Shown: piece by piece, positions 1 to 10,290 of the stretch
Layout: each line of letters opens with the position of its first letter
Numbering within the stretch: position 1 is the stretch's first letter
Assembly: GCA_002937895.1 (NCBI GenBank)
Contig: PTKV01000002.1
Coordinates: forward strand, 2,019-66,018
Direction: 5' to 3'
Length of the DNA stretch: 64,000 bases
Source: Alphaproteobacteria bacterium MarineAlpha5_Bin9
Lineage (GTDB): Bacteria > Pseudomonadota > Alphaproteobacteria > HIMB59 > GCA-002718135
Notes under the pieces: generated by a model
Told to the model about the DNA's origin: nothing
Seen by the model: the letters and a program-made list of their open reading frames with translations, nothing else
Database searches by the model: none
Made by a program: the position numbers and the translations under genes

Positions 1-2
1 AA

Positions 3-773
3 GTAGCAGAAGATAAAACACATGATTTAAATGAAATTGAAAAAATAATAGATTCTAATACTGATTTAACACATGTCTTTGTAGTTTATTGCGAAACAAC
101 TTCTGGTATCCTAAATCCTATCGAAGAAATAGCAAATTTAATTGAAAGAAAAAGTTTGTCACTATTTATAGATGCAATGAGCGCATTTGGTGCTCTGCCC
201 TTAAGTTGTAAAAAAATAAAATTTGATGCTGTAGCAGCATCTTCAAATAAATGTTTAGAAGGTGTTCCTGGTGTTGGTTTTATTTTAGTAAAAACCGACA
301 TAATTAAAATCGCTAAGGGTAATTGTCATTCACTAAGTCTTGATTTATATGACCAATGGCAAGCAATGGAAAAAAACAAACAATGGCGTTTTACACCGCC
401 AACTCATGTTTTAGCTGCTTTCAGCCAAGCTTTGATAGAGCATGAAAAGGAAGGTGGTGTTGCAGGAAGATATAAAAGATACTCTAATAATTGTAAAATA
501 ATATGTAATGGTATGCAGGAAATTGGGTTTAAACAATTACTTGTAAATGAATTACAAGCACCTATCATTATTACATTTATGCAGCCAATAAATTTTGATT
601 TTGAAAAATTTTATAATGCCTTAAGCCAAAAAAACTTTTTAATTTATCCTGGTAAATTAACTGTTGCAAATACATTTAGAATAGGTTGTATTGGTCACTT
701 AAATGAACAAGACATGTATGATACAATTGATGCAATAAAAGAAGTTTTAAATGAATTACAAATCAAAATCTAA
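3..773 (+). CDS. phnW: 2-aminoethylphosphonate--pyruvate transaminase (5' truncated by window edge)
   Basis: Frame is open from base 3 (…THVFVVYCETTSGILNPIEE…), upstream of the listed ORF. Class V aminotransferase motifs IDAMSAFG, SSNKCLEGVPG (PLP Lys), QWRFTPPTH, IYPGKLT and FRIGCIG are present, and phnY/phnA are adjacent. Confidence 0.93.
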   Translation, partial: VAEDKTHDLNEIEKIIDSNTDLTHVFVVYCETTSGILNPIEEIANLIERKSLSLFIDAMSAFGALPLSCKKIKFDAVAASSNKCLEGVPGVGFILVKTDIIKIAKGNCHSLSLDLYDQWQAMEKNKQWRFTPPTHVLAAFSQALIEHEKEGGVAGRYKRYSNNCKIICNGMQEIGFKQLLVNELQAPIIITFMQPINFDFEKFYNALSQKNFLIYPGKLTVANTFRIGCIGHLNEQDMYDTIDAIKEVLNELQIKI

Positions 774-781
774 TAATTAAA

Positions 782-1420
782 ATGTCTGTATCTGAAGCTA
801 TTGAAATTCCACTTATTGAAGCAACAAATGAAAGTTTAAAAGAATATGGCTATTTAATAGATAATTATCAAAAAAGTGAAATTGAAATTGTCACATGGCC
901 AAAACAAGGATGGCGTGAAATTGATAAAGGAACTGGTAATGAAGGTGGATATACTGAAGGATCTTTCGATACTTGGTGGGAGGGAGATACACTCTATGGT
1001 CGGAATAATGCTGTTGCACATAAAAGTGAATATGAAGTAGATGGTAAATATATTTTAGGATATTCAAATTTAACAAGAAAAAATTCTACTAATAAAAATT
1101 ATAGAAATCCAAATCAAATTTTTTTATGGCATGCTAATTATCATCCAGATGGAGGACAATTATTTTTCCCCAAAAAACCCGAAGCTTTCATATCGCCTCT
1201 AGCACTTCCAGGAGATGATATAAAAATAGAAGATTTTAAAGCTTTTTATTTTAAAGGCTCTCAAGGTTTATATATTCATCCTAATATATGGCATGAGGGT
1301 GTTTTCCCAATTAATCAAACTGCTTCCTTTATGGGCAAGCAGGGTAAAGTTCATGCGAGAGTAAGTATAGATTTTAAAAAAGAGTTTAATAAATATCTTT
1401 TTTTTAAAACAGCACTATAA
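782..1420 (+). CDS. ureidoglycolate lyase (AllA)-like cupin protein
   Basis: N-terminal AT-ESLKEYG, NYHPDGGQLFFP, and GQ-type GLYIHPNIWH cupin motif resemble the ureidoglycolate lyase family. Starts 8 nt after the phnW stop. Confidence 0.6.
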   Translation: MSVSEAIEIPLIEATNESLKEYGYLIDNYQKSEIEIVTWPKQGWREIDKGTGNEGGYTEGSFDTWWEGDTLYGRNNAVAHKSEYEVDGKYILGYSNLTRKNSTNKNYRNPNQIFLWHANYHPDGGQLFFPKKPEAFISPLALPGDDIKIEDFKAFYFKGSQGLYIHPNIWHEGVFPINQTASFMGKQGKVHARVSIDFKKEFNKYLFFKTAL

Positions 1421-1435
1421 AACTTATAGTTTATT

Positions 1436-2875
1436 TCACCAAGGCAATGAAAATGTCTTAATATTTGTAAAGCTTTTCATAGCCTCAATAACGCCTTCTT
1501 TATAACCCAAACCAGAATCTTTAATTCCTCCAAATGGGGACATTTCTGTTCTATAGCCTGGCACTTCCCAAATATTAACTGTTCCGACATCTAAACCTTT
1601 AATATATTTTTTTGCACGAATAAAATTATTTGTACAAACTCCAGAAGACAAGCCAAATGCCGTGGAATTTGAAATTTTTATAACTTCATCATCTTCGTCA
1701 GGAACTCTAATTATTGGAATTACAGGTCCAAAAGTTTCTTCCATAACTAATTCGCTCTTTGCATTAACATTATCAATTACAATTGGCGGTAATAAAGCAC
1801 CTTTGGTGCCAGGATGATATAAAATTTTTGCACCTTCTTCAGCAGCCTTTGAAACTCGCTTATCAAATACAGTCGCTGCTCGAGCATTAATTACAGTACC
1901 TAAATCGGTAACCAAGTCCATTGGATCTCCAAAATTAATTTTCTTCGCTCTTTTTAAAGTCAATTCAACAAATTTATCAGCAACTTTATTTTGACAAAGA
2001 ATTCTTTTTACAGCTGTGCAACGTTGCCCTGAGTTTTTTGTAGCTCCAGTAACAGCTAATTCTGCTGCTTTTTTTAAATCATCTTCACTTAAATCATTTA
2101 ATACAATTAGAGGATCGTTTCCTCCTAACTCTAAAACAGTTCTCTTATACCCTGCTTTTTCAGCTATATACTTTCCAACACCAACACTTCCTGTAAATGT
2201 AATTAAATCAATATTGGGGTTTGTGATCATTTCGAAACCAATATCATCTGGCCACCCCGTAACAACAGAAAACATTTCAGGAGGAAGTCCTGCTTCATAA
2301 AGTATATCAGCAAGAATCATTATAGTCATAGGTGTTAATTCAGTTTGTTTACATACAACTTTATTATTTGTTGCTATTGCTGGAGCAATTTTATGAGAAA
2401 CCATATTTAGTGGATGATTAAAAGGAGTAATTGCTGAAATCGTAGTTAATGGCTCACGTATAGTAAAAATTTTTCTAGCCTTGCCATGAGGCGTCAAATC
2501 ACATGAAAAAATTTTACCATCATCCAAAATACAAAGTTGAGATGTTAGTGAAAAAACATCAAAAGATCGACCAACTTCATATAAAGAATCTTGTTTAGAA
2601 ATTCCAAGTTCTAAAGTAATTAAATCGGAAATTTCTTCTTTTCTCTTAATTAATATCTCCGCTGTTTTTTGTAAAATTTTTTGTCTTTCATATTTAGTTA
2701 ATTTTGACTTAAAATTTGTAGCTATATCAAATGCTTTTTTAGCATGCTCAGCCTTACCTGCAGGCACTGTTCCTATAATCTCTTCTGTATAAGGATATTG
2801 AACATTAATTATTTCGTCAGTATTTATTTTTTTCCCTCCTATTCTCATAGATTCTTTTTTAAAAAATTTTGTCAT
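1436..2875 (-). CDS. phnY: phosphonoacetaldehyde dehydrogenase
   Basis: ALDH motifs ITPFNHP, FTGS, LELGGND, SGQRCTA, EETFGP; PhnY-typical SCDLTPHGK; overlaps the phnA stop. Confidence 0.92.
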   Translation of the reverse strand: MTKFFKKESMRIGGKKINTDEIINVQYPYTEEIIGTVPAGKAEHAKKAFDIATNFKSKLTKYERQKILQKTAEILIKRKEEISDLITLELGISKQDSLYEVGRSFDVFSLTSQLCILDDGKIFSCDLTPHGKARKIFTIREPLTTISAITPFNHPLNMVSHKIAPAIATNNKVVCKQTELTPMTIMILADILYEAGLPPEMFSVVTGWPDDIGFEMITNPNIDLITFTGSVGVGKYIAEKAGYKRTVLELGGNDPLIVLNDLSEDDLKKAAELAVTGATKNSGQRCTAVKRILCQNKVADKFVELTLKRAKKINFGDPMDLVTDLGTVINARAATVFDKRVSKAAEEGAKILYHPGTKGALLPPIVIDNVNAKSELVMEETFGPVIPIIRVPDEDDEVIKISNSTAFGLSSGVCTNNFIRAKKYIKGLDVGTVNIWEVPGYRTEMSPFGGIKDSGLGYKEGVIEAMKSFTNIKTFSLPW

Positions 2876-4122
2876 AAGTTTTCTCCAGCATTATTCATAG
2901 CATAATAAAAAGCATCATAATTATAAAGTTTTTGATCTGACTGTAATTTAATTTGTTTAAAATTGGTTATAAATGGTACTTCTCTCTCAAATACCCCTCC
3001 ATGAGAACGTAAAGGTTCTTTTAAATTAGTTAGATCGTGTTCTTTTCTTGATGAACCAATTGCCATATTTTCATCTGACATGCATACAATATCTCCAGTT
3101 CGATCATGTGGTAAATGATATTTATGGCAAGCCTCATCTTTTTTTAAAACTTCAAAAATTCCTTCGATATTTTTTATTGTTTTAATTATATTATCAATAT
3201 TAGACAAATTTTTTAAATATACTGTTGCATAAGAGCCTAGGGCGCCATGATGAACGACATAGGGATCAGTAATTGGTAAAATTACACGTGTTGAGTCATT
3301 TTTATGTTTATCACTTAATATGTCTTGGAGATAAATAGCATTAGGCGAACCATCTTTTTTAGATTTTGATTTCATACCATGATCAGCAGTAATAACTAAA
3401 GAGCTTTTTTTTGAATTAAGAAGCCCAATATAATAATCAAACATTTGGTAAAATTTATTTGCATATAAGTGACCAGGTTTATATTTATGCTGTATATAAT
3501 CAGTAGTTGATAAATACATAATATCAGGCTTAAATTCATTTAATAATTTAACACCCGCTGCCATAACAAATTCAGATAATTCTTGAGAATATACTTCAGG
3601 AACCTTTTTTTGTAACCAGTCATTAACATTAGTTATTCCATTTTTAAGTTCTGATGCAATATTGGATTTTTCAGCAGAAAAACAAATTGCTTTTTTATTT
3701 TTAAAATTTAAACCACTTCCCAATAGAGTTTGAAGTTTATCTTTAGCTGTAACACAAGCAATTTTTAGTCCTTCTTTATTTAGCTTTTCAAATATTGTTG
3801 GAGCTCTTAAGTATTTTGGATCATTCATCATGACTTCTTTTTGTGATTCCGAGTCAAAAAAGAAATTACCACAAATTCCATGAACTGAACTTGGTTGCCC
3901 AGTTACTATAGAAATATTATTTGGATTTGTAAAACTTGGAATGGAACTTTGGGCTAAAAGAAATAATCCTTGATCAATTAATTTTTTTAAATTTGGCATT
4001 AAATTTTCTTTAAATGCAGATTCAAAATATTCTTTTTGTGAACCGTCTAAACAAATTACAATTACATTTTTTTTTAACTTTATTGGATAAATTTTATTAT
4101 TAATGTTAATTTTATCAATCAT
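2872..4122 (-). CDS. phnA: phosphonoacetate hydrolase
   Basis: Alkaline-phosphatase-superfamily motifs [48 protein letters not shown]. Confidence 0.95.
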   Translation of the reverse strand: MIDKININNKIYPIKLKKNVIVICLDGSQKEYFESAFKENLMPNLKKLIDQGLFLLAQSSIPSFTNPNNISIVTGQPSSVHGICGNFFFDSESQKEVMMNDPKYLRAPTIFEKLNKEGLKIACVTAKDKLQTLLGSGLNFKNKKAICFSAEKSNIASELKNGITNVNDWLQKKVPEVYSQELSEFVMAAGVKLLNEFKPDIMYLSTTDYIQHKYKPGHLYANKFYQMFDYYIGLLNSKKSSLVITADHGMKSKSKKDGSPNAIYLQDILSDKHKNDSTRVILPITDPYVVHHGALGSYATVYLKNLSNIDNIIKTIKNIEGIFEVLKKDEACHKYHLPHDRTGDIVCMSDENMAIGSSRKEHDLTNLKEPLRSHGGVFEREVPFITNFKQIKLQSDQKLYNYDAFYYAMNNAGENL

Positions 4123-4147
4123 AATATAATATATTTAGTGTAATTTT

Positions 4148-4990
4148 ATGCTTTCAACAACTTCTATTTTCATATTAATTCTGTTGGCAGCCCTGTGCCA
4201 TGCTGGTTGGAGTTCGATTGTTAAATCAAAAAACTCATTAGGAATTATGTCAATAACTAGCATCGTAGAAATTATTTTTTTTATTCCCTTAATATTTTTT
4301 GTACCATTTCCTAGTATAGAAATTTGGTATTTTATTTTTGCAAGTGTAATTCTTCATGGTTTTTATCGTTTAAGTGTTGTCTTCTCTTATAAATATGGGG
4401 ACTTATCTTTAGTTTATCCTATTGCAAGAGGTGGTTCTTCATTAATTATAGCAATCTTAACATTAATTTTTTTTACTGAAAAAATATCTTATTTAGGATT
4501 GTTAGCAATAATAATTGTTTCAGCTGGAATTTTTTTTGTTTCATATAGCAAATCGTTTAAATTAAATTTACCAGCTTTTTTTTTAGCTATTAGCACTGCT
4601 TTACTTATAGCAGCTTATACCTTGGTTGATGGATATGGTATAAGACTTAGTGAGAATAAATATAGTTATCTTTATTGGATGCTACTTTTGAACGGAGTTC
4701 CAGTTTTAATATTTTCTTTTTTTTCTAATCAAATTTCATTGAATGAGATAAACATGAAATTTATTTGTTGGGGAATATTAGCAGGATTTTTGGCAATACT
4801 AAGTTATGGGATAATAGTATGGTCTATGCAATATTTGACTATCGCTTATGTCTCTTCAATACGTGAATCAAGCGTAATTTTTGCAACAATCTTTAGCATA
4901 ATATTTTTAAAAGAAAAGCAAGGTAAAAAAAGACTTGTTCCAGCTATTTTAATTGTAGGAGGTATAAGTTTATTATATTTTCAAATTTAA
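4148..4990 (+). CDS. DMT/EamA family transporter, phosphonate-cluster-associated type
   Basis: About 10 hydrophobic helices; ALCHAGW, GDLSLVYPIARG, YTLVDG, SIRESSVIF; divergent from phnA. Confidence 0.8.
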   Translation: MLSTTSIFILILLAALCHAGWSSIVKSKNSLGIMSITSIVEIIFFIPLIFFVPFPSIEIWYFIFASVILHGFYRLSVVFSYKYGDLSLVYPIARGGSSLIIAILTLIFFTEKISYLGLLAIIIVSAGIFFVSYSKSFKLNLPAFFLAISTALLIAAYTLVDGYGIRLSENKYSYLYWMLLLNGVPVLIFSFFSNQISLNEINMKFICWGILAGFLAILSYGIIVWSMQYLTIAYVSSIRESSVIFATIFSIIFLKEKQGKKRLVPAILIVGGISLLYFQI

Positions 4991-5038
4991 TAATTTATAT
5001 ATATAGACTTAATTAGCAAAATTTTCTATTAGAGGTGT

Positions 5039-5218
5039 ATGGAAGAAACTAATATAATAGTTATAGATGCTGATGTTGAAACTATTTGTTGCGATGGAGA
5101 GAAAGATGGTTTAGGACATCCAGCAGTATATTTTAACTTTAAAAAACAAGACCGAGTTGTTTGTAATTACTGTGATAAAATTTATATAAAAAAGAAAGAA
5201 AATATAAAAAATGTATAA
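5039..5218 (+). CDS. zf-CHCC zinc-finger protein (59 aa, absent from the ORF track)
   Basis: Translated by hand: MEETNIIVIDADVETICCDGEKDGLGHPAVYFNFKKQDRVVCNYCDKIYIKKKENIKNV. Has the CDG-x5-GHP-x-VY…C-x-YC pattern and an upstream AGAGGT SD. Confidence 0.85.
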   Translation: MEETNIIVIDADVETICCDGEKDGLGHPAVYFNFKKQDRVVCNYCDKIYIKKKENIKNV

Positions 5219-5567
5219 AGAAAAATGGGGATTAAAAAGAATTTGCCCAATGTGTAATAAACAATACTATGACTTAGGAAGAGAGAAACTAGATTGTCCT
5301 GAATGTGAAAAAGAGATTGAAGTAAGTACCTTATTCAGACCTAGAAGAGGTAGAAAACCAGGAAGTACTAACTCCACCCCTTTAAGTAATGATAATCCAC
5401 AAAATGTAGAAAAGAAAGATGAAAATCTTGACATAGAAAATTTAAATATTGATTCCGAAAATGAATCTTTAGATGATGATAGTGTTCTTATAGAAGATGA
5501 TAATGATATTGATCCAGCTGTTGATGTAGGAATTAAACCCACAGAAGAAGATAAAGAAAATCTATAA
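5211..5567 (+). CDS. FYDLN-acid (TIGR02300-like) protein: Zn ribbon, basic RGR motif, acidic tail
   Basis: WGLKRICPMCNKQYYDLG…CPEC, then RPRRGRKPG and a D/E-rich C-terminus. Confidence 0.8.
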   Translation: MYKEKWGLKRICPMCNKQYYDLGREKLDCPECEKEIEVSTLFRPRRGRKPGSTNSTPLSNDNPQNVEKKDENLDIENLNIDSENESLDDDSVLIEDDNDIDPAVDVGIKPTEEDKENL

Positions 5568-5613
5568 AACATTTGACACGTAGATTTCTAATATTAAAGA
5601 AATTAATTATTTT

Positions 5614-6846
5614 ATGCTTAATATAGTTAAAAATACTTGGGCATTATTTTTTGGTTTTTCATTAATCTGCCTGGGACATGGGCTTCAAGGAACTCTTTTG
5701 GGTATTAGATCTAAAGTAGAAGGTTTTTCTTTAGGATCTATAGGTTTTATTATTACAGGATATTTTGTAGGTTATTTAATTGGATCTTTATTAATACCTC
5801 TGCTGCTTAAAAGAGTTGGACATATAAGGGTTTTTGCAGCACTTGCGTCAATAGCTTCAGTAGCAATATTAATCCATTCTTTGTTCATAAATGTACAGAT
5901 ATGGTTTTTGATAAGAATAATTACTGGAATATGTTTTGCTGGATTTTTTATTATAACAGAAAGTTGGTTAAATGATAAATCTGAAAATAAAACAAGGGGA
6001 AAAATATTATCTATATATTTGATTATTACTTTTTTATTTACTGGTTTGGGTAATTTTTTATTAAACTTAAGTGATCCTAAAAATTATGATTTATTTATCT
6101 TAATTTCTATTCTTCTTTCTATGGCGTTAATACCAATTTTGTTATCAATTAGTTCAGCGCCTGAATTTATCCATCCTAAAAGAATCACTATTAAGGAATT
6201 ATATCAACTCTCTCCATTGGGTTTAGTATCGGGCTTACTTATTGGTCTAGCTCATAGTTCAGTTTTTGGTTATGGAGCAGTATATGCTATTTCAAAAAAT
6301 TTAAGTACAATTAATATATCTATTTTTATGTTTATAATCAGTTTTTTTGGAGCTCTATTTCAATGGCCTATAGGGTATATTTCTGACAAAATAGATAGGA
6401 GAATTTTACTAATTATTGTTAATATTTTAGCCGCAATTTTATCATTAATGATAATTGGTTTTTCTTACATTTCGATAATAATTTTTTATATTATTTTAGC
6501 TTGTTATTCAGGTATGTGCTTACCTATGTACTCACTTGCGATTGCTCACATAAATGACTTTTTAAATAAAAATGAAATTGTTTCTGTGGCCTCTTCTTTT
6601 GCATTAGTGGTTGGTATTGGGGCAATATTTGGTCCAATTTTTTCTTCTTTTTTTATGGAGTATATTGGTCCAGATGGTTTCTTTGTCCACTTATTTTTAA
6701 TACATATTATTCTGAGCATTTTTGGCATATATAGATTGAGTCAAAGAGATAAACCAAAAATTGAATCTCAATACGTTCCTCTTCCAAGAAATATTACCCC
6801 CGCAGGAATGGAGATGAATCCAAAAATAGATTTGGATAAAAATTAA
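5614..6846 (+). CDS. MFS transporter (YcaD-like)
   Basis: About 12 TM segments; RVGHIRVF, ESWLN, QWPIGYISDKIDRR. Confidence 0.85.
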   Translation: MLNIVKNTWALFFGFSLICLGHGLQGTLLGIRSKVEGFSLGSIGFIITGYFVGYLIGSLLIPLLLKRVGHIRVFAALASIASVAILIHSLFINVQIWFLIRIITGICFAGFFIITESWLNDKSENKTRGKILSIYLIITFLFTGLGNFLLNLSDPKNYDLFILISILLSMALIPILLSISSAPEFIHPKRITIKELYQLSPLGLVSGLLIGLAHSSVFGYGAVYAISKNLSTINISIFMFIISFFGALFQWPIGYISDKIDRRILLIIVNILAAILSLMIIGFSYISIIIFYIILACYSGMCLPMYSLAIAHINDFLNKNEIVSVASSFALVVGIGAIFGPIFSSFFMEYIGPDGFFVHLFLIHIILSIFGIYRLSQRDKPKIESQYVPLPRNITPAGMEMNPKIDLDKN

Positions 6847-7439
6847 TTTTTTATTATTTTTTGAATCAGTCTCCAGCCTAATAAAATAAGAATTAAAATT
6901 AAATATATTAAAGGATATATAGCATCTGATTTCGTTAATAAAAAATAATGAAAAATTACAAGAATAGATACTAAATATATTAATTTATGTATGTTTTTCC
7001 ATAGTTTATATCTCAGTTTTTTTAACATGTAATTATTTGAAGTAATTGCTAGTGGTATGAGTAAAACAAAACTAATAAAACCTAAAAGAATAAAAGGTCT
7101 CTTATAAAGATCTTTTAAAATAAACTCCCAATTAAAAAAATGATCTAAAAAAATATAAGTTATAAAATGCAAGACTATGTAAAAAAAGGAAAATAAGCCA
7201 ATCATTCTTCTTACTAACTGTAAAGATCTCAATATTTTAAAATTCGACAACGAAGAAACAAACAAAGTAAGAATTATTAATTGCAAAGCAAACTCACCTA
7301 ACTTATCCATTAATTCATCGATTGGATTAATTCCTAAATTACCTGCAATAAATTGATATAACCAAACTATGCTTGGTGTAAGTAAAGATATAAAAATATA
7401 TGGTTTAAATTTTTTAATTGATTTTGTGGATAAAATCAT
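6843..7439 (-). CDS. msrQ: methionine sulfoxide reductase haem-binding membrane subunit
   Basis: Ferric-reductase-like motifs RRMIGL…YIVLH, PLAITS, WKNIHKLIY…H; downstream of msrP. Confidence 0.9.
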   Translation of the reverse strand: MILSTKSIKKFKPYIFISLLTPSIVWLYQFIAGNLGINPIDELMDKLGEFALQLIILTLFVSSLSNFKILRSLQLVRRMIGLFSFFYIVLHFITYIFLDHFFNWEFILKDLYKRPFILLGFISFVLLIPLAITSNNYMLKKLRYKLWKNIHKLIYLVSILVIFHYFLLTKSDAIYPLIYLILILILLGWRLIQKIIKN

Positions 7440-7446
7440 AGTTCTT

Positions 7447-8379
7447 TTAAAAATATTTTTTTAAATCCATTCCTTTATACAGCTCTGCTACTTCTTCATA
7501 ACCATTAAACATTAAAGTTGGTCTACGATAAAACTCCCCGATTCTTCTTTCAGTTGCTTGTGTCCATCTTTTGTGATCAACTTGAGGATTAACATTAGAA
7601 TAAAAAGCATATTCATAAGGATTGACATCGGACCAAGTTGTATTGGGTTCTTTATCCATAAAACGAATCTTAACTATTGATTTTATAGATTTAAATCCAT
7701 ATTTCCAAGGCACAACCAATCTCAAAGGTGCGCCATTTTGATTTAAAAGGTTATGTCCATACATTCCAGTTGAGAGAATTGTGAGAGGATGCATGGCTTC
7801 ATCCATTCTTAGGCCTTCAACATAAGGCCAAGGAAGTATCCCTCTAATTTCATTAAATAATTTCTTTTGACCTGGCATTTCCTCAGGACGATAGACAGTT
7901 TCAAATTGAATATATTTTGCACTACTAAGAGGCTTAACCTTTTCGATTAGTTTGCTAAGTGAAAAACCTTGCCAAGGTATAACCATAGACCATGCCTCAA
8001 CACATCTTAATCTATAAACTCTATCTTCAATAGTAATACCTTTTAGCAAACTTTCTAAATCAAAAATCTTAGGCTTTTCAACTAAACCTTCAACTGCTAA
8101 TTGCCAAGGTAACGGTTTAAATGATTGAGAATACTTTGCTGGATCTGATTTACTAGTCCCAAACTCATAAAAATTGTTATAGTTAGTTATTTCATGATAG
8201 GTATTAAGATTATCATTTTCTTCTAAAAATTTATTATAAGTAGATGGACTTTCCGAATGTTTTGAAAATAAAGGCTTGCTAAAACTAATAGCTAAGGAGG
8301 TTAATAAAGTATTTTTGATAAATTTCCTTCTATTAATATAACTAGAATATGGCGTTATTTCAGAGTTTAGTATTTTCAT
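7447..8379 (-). CDS. msrP: periplasmic methionine sulfoxide reductase catalytic subunit (Mo cofactor)
   Basis: Tat signal NRRKFI; [50 protein letters not shown]. Confidence 0.95.
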   Translation of the reverse strand: MKILNSEITPYSSYINRRKFIKNTLLTSLAISFSKPLFSKHSESPSTYNKFLEENDNLNTYHEITNYNNFYEFGTSKSDPAKYSQSFKPLPWQLAVEGLVEKPKIFDLESLLKGITIEDRVYRLRCVEAWSMVIPWQGFSLSKLIEKVKPLSSAKYIQFETVYRPEEMPGQKKLFNEIRGILPWPYVEGLRMDEAMHPLTILSTGMYGHNLLNQNGAPLRLVVPWKYGFKSIKSIVKIRFMDKEPNTTWSDVNPYEYAFYSNVNPQVDHKRWTQATERRIGEFYRRPTLMFNGYEEVAELYKGMDLKKYF

Positions 8380-8469
8380 TGTTCTTTATAATATAGTTTA
8401 TTCTTCAATAAAATATAGTATTTAAATAATCATTGTTTAAGAATCTATAAGAATGATTATAAAAGAGTA

Positions 8470-10284
8470 ATGAGTTCATTATTTAGAAAAATTTTTTTTA
8501 ATATATTTTTTATTTGTTTTTTTATTTCTTTTTATGCAAATGCTGAAAAAATGCATGGCTTAGCAATGCACGGATCCCCAAAATATAACGTTGATTTTAC
8601 ACATCTGGATTATGTAAATCCATTAGCTCCTAAAGGAGGAACTTTAAGATACGGTGTTTATGGATCTTTTGATAATTTAAATAGGGTGGCTTTTAAAGGT
8701 TCGAAAGCAGCTGGATTAGGATACATTAATGATACTTTAATGAGAAGAGTTTGGGATGAAGCTTTTACTTTATATGGACTTATAGCTGAATATGTTAGCA
8801 TGCCAGAAGATCGATCTTCAATTACTTTTTTCATAAATCCAAAAGCAAAATTTCATGATGGTTCATCAATAACTCGTGAAGATGTATTATTTAGCCTTAA
8901 AACATTTCAAACTAAAGGCACGCCTAACCAAAAAAAAACATATGGTAAAGTAGTTAGCACTGAATTGGTAGATGCTAATGGGATCAAAATGAATTTTGTA
9001 AATAATGAAGATAAAGAATTGCCATTAATTATTGCAGGGTTTCTTCCAATAATAAAAAAATCTTATTATGAAAAATTAGATGTTACTAAAACATTTTTAG
9101 ATATTCCTATCGGAAGTGGTCCATATAAAATTAAAGAATTAGATCCTGGAAAAAGAATTGTCTATTCTAGAGTTCAAAATTATTGGGCTAAAGATCTACC
9201 AGTTAACAAAGGACAATATAATTTTGATACTCTTACATATGATTATTACAAAGACAGTAATGTTCTGTTAGAAGCTTTTAAAGTAGGGGAGTATGACTAC
9301 AGAAGAGAATATAATGCAAAAAGATGGCAAACTAGTTATGAATTTGAAGCTCTAAACCGTGGTGACGTAATTCTAAAAGAAATGAAAAATGATAGACCAA
9401 CTGGAATGAATGCTTTAGTTTTTAATACTAGAAAAAAAATTTTTAGTAATCCTAAAGTAAGACAGGCTTTAAGTTATGCCTATGACTTTAATTGGGTGAA
9501 TAAAGTGCTGTATGACGGGGCATATAAAAGAACAAATAGTTATTTTGAGAATTCTCCTTTAGCTTCTAGAGGATTACCCTCTGAACTTGAATTAGAATTA
9601 TTAAATCCTTGGAAGTCTCAACTTCCTAATGAAATATTTACAAAAACATATCAAGCTCCTGAATCTGATGGTTCTGGAATGCCAAGAGAAAATTTAAAAA
9701 TAGCTAAACAAATATTATCTGATGAAGGTTGGAAAATAGAAAATAATAAGTTAATGAAAGATGGTGAAGAATTTAAATTTGAATTCCTTATAATAAGCCC
9801 ATCTTTAGAAAAAATAGGATTGGCTTTTCAAAAAACTTTAAAAACTTTAGGAATTACAATGGAAGTAAGAATAGTAGATTCTTCTCAATATCAATCAAGA
9901 CTTCTTAATTATGATTTTGACATGATAAGCAATACTTGGAGAGTAAGCTTGAGTCCTGGAAATGAACAACAGTTTTATTGGGGTTCTGAAGTAGGCAAAA
10001 AAGAGGGAAGTAAAAACTACGCTGGCGTGGATAGTGAAGTAGTTGATTTTTTGATCGAAAAACTTATTGGGGCAAAATCCAGAGAAGAATTAACAGCTGC
10101 GGTTCATGCTTTAGATAGAGTCTTACTATGGGGACATTATGTTATACCAAAACATCATAGCAATATTGATAGAATAGGTTATTGGAATTTTTTAGAATAT
10201 CCTGAAGAAATTCCTCTATATGGACTTGTAATAGAGTCTTGGTGGTCAAATAAAGAAAAAGCCAAACAACTAAACAAACAATAG
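8470..10284 (+). CDS. ABC substrate-binding protein, family 5 (YejA-like)
   Basis: Signal peptide; HGLAMHGSPKY, FTHLDYVNP-APKGG, GSFDNLN, A-FHDG, GSGPY, ALDRVLLWGHYVIP. Confidence 0.88.
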   Translation: MSSLFRKIFFNIFFICFFISFYANAEKMHGLAMHGSPKYNVDFTHLDYVNPLAPKGGTLRYGVYGSFDNLNRVAFKGSKAAGLGYINDTLMRRVWDEAFTLYGLIAEYVSMPEDRSSITFFINPKAKFHDGSSITREDVLFSLKTFQTKGTPNQKKTYGKVVSTELVDANGIKMNFVNNEDKELPLIIAGFLPIIKKSYYEKLDVTKTFLDIPIGSGPYKIKELDPGKRIVYSRVQNYWAKDLPVNKGQYNFDTLTYDYYKDSNVLLEAFKVGEYDYRREYNAKRWQTSYEFEALNRGDVILKEMKNDRPTGMNALVFNTRKKIFSNPKVRQALSYAYDFNWVNKVLYDGAYKRTNSYFENSPLASRGLPSELELELLNPWKSQLPNEIFTKTYQAPESDGSGMPRENLKIAKQILSDEGWKIENNKLMKDGEEFKFEFLIISPSLEKIGLAFQKTLKTLGITMEVRIVDSSQYQSRLLNYDFDMISNTWRVSLSPGNEQQFYWGSEVGKKEGSKNYAGVDSEVVDFLIEKLIGAKSREELTAAVHALDRVLLWGHYVIPKHHSNIDRIGYWNFLEYPEEIPLYGLVIESWWSNKEKAKQLNKQ

Positions 10285-10290
10285 TGTCCT

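Noticed and set aside
5573-5601. TTGACA sigma-70 -35 box upstream of the MFS gene
   Set aside because: No convincing -10 hexamer at 16-18 bp spacing.
8447-8463. ICE-like ATAAGAA-TGA-TTATAAA between msrP and the YejA-like gene
   Set aside because: Three mismatches to the consensus; expected by chance in AT-rich DNA.
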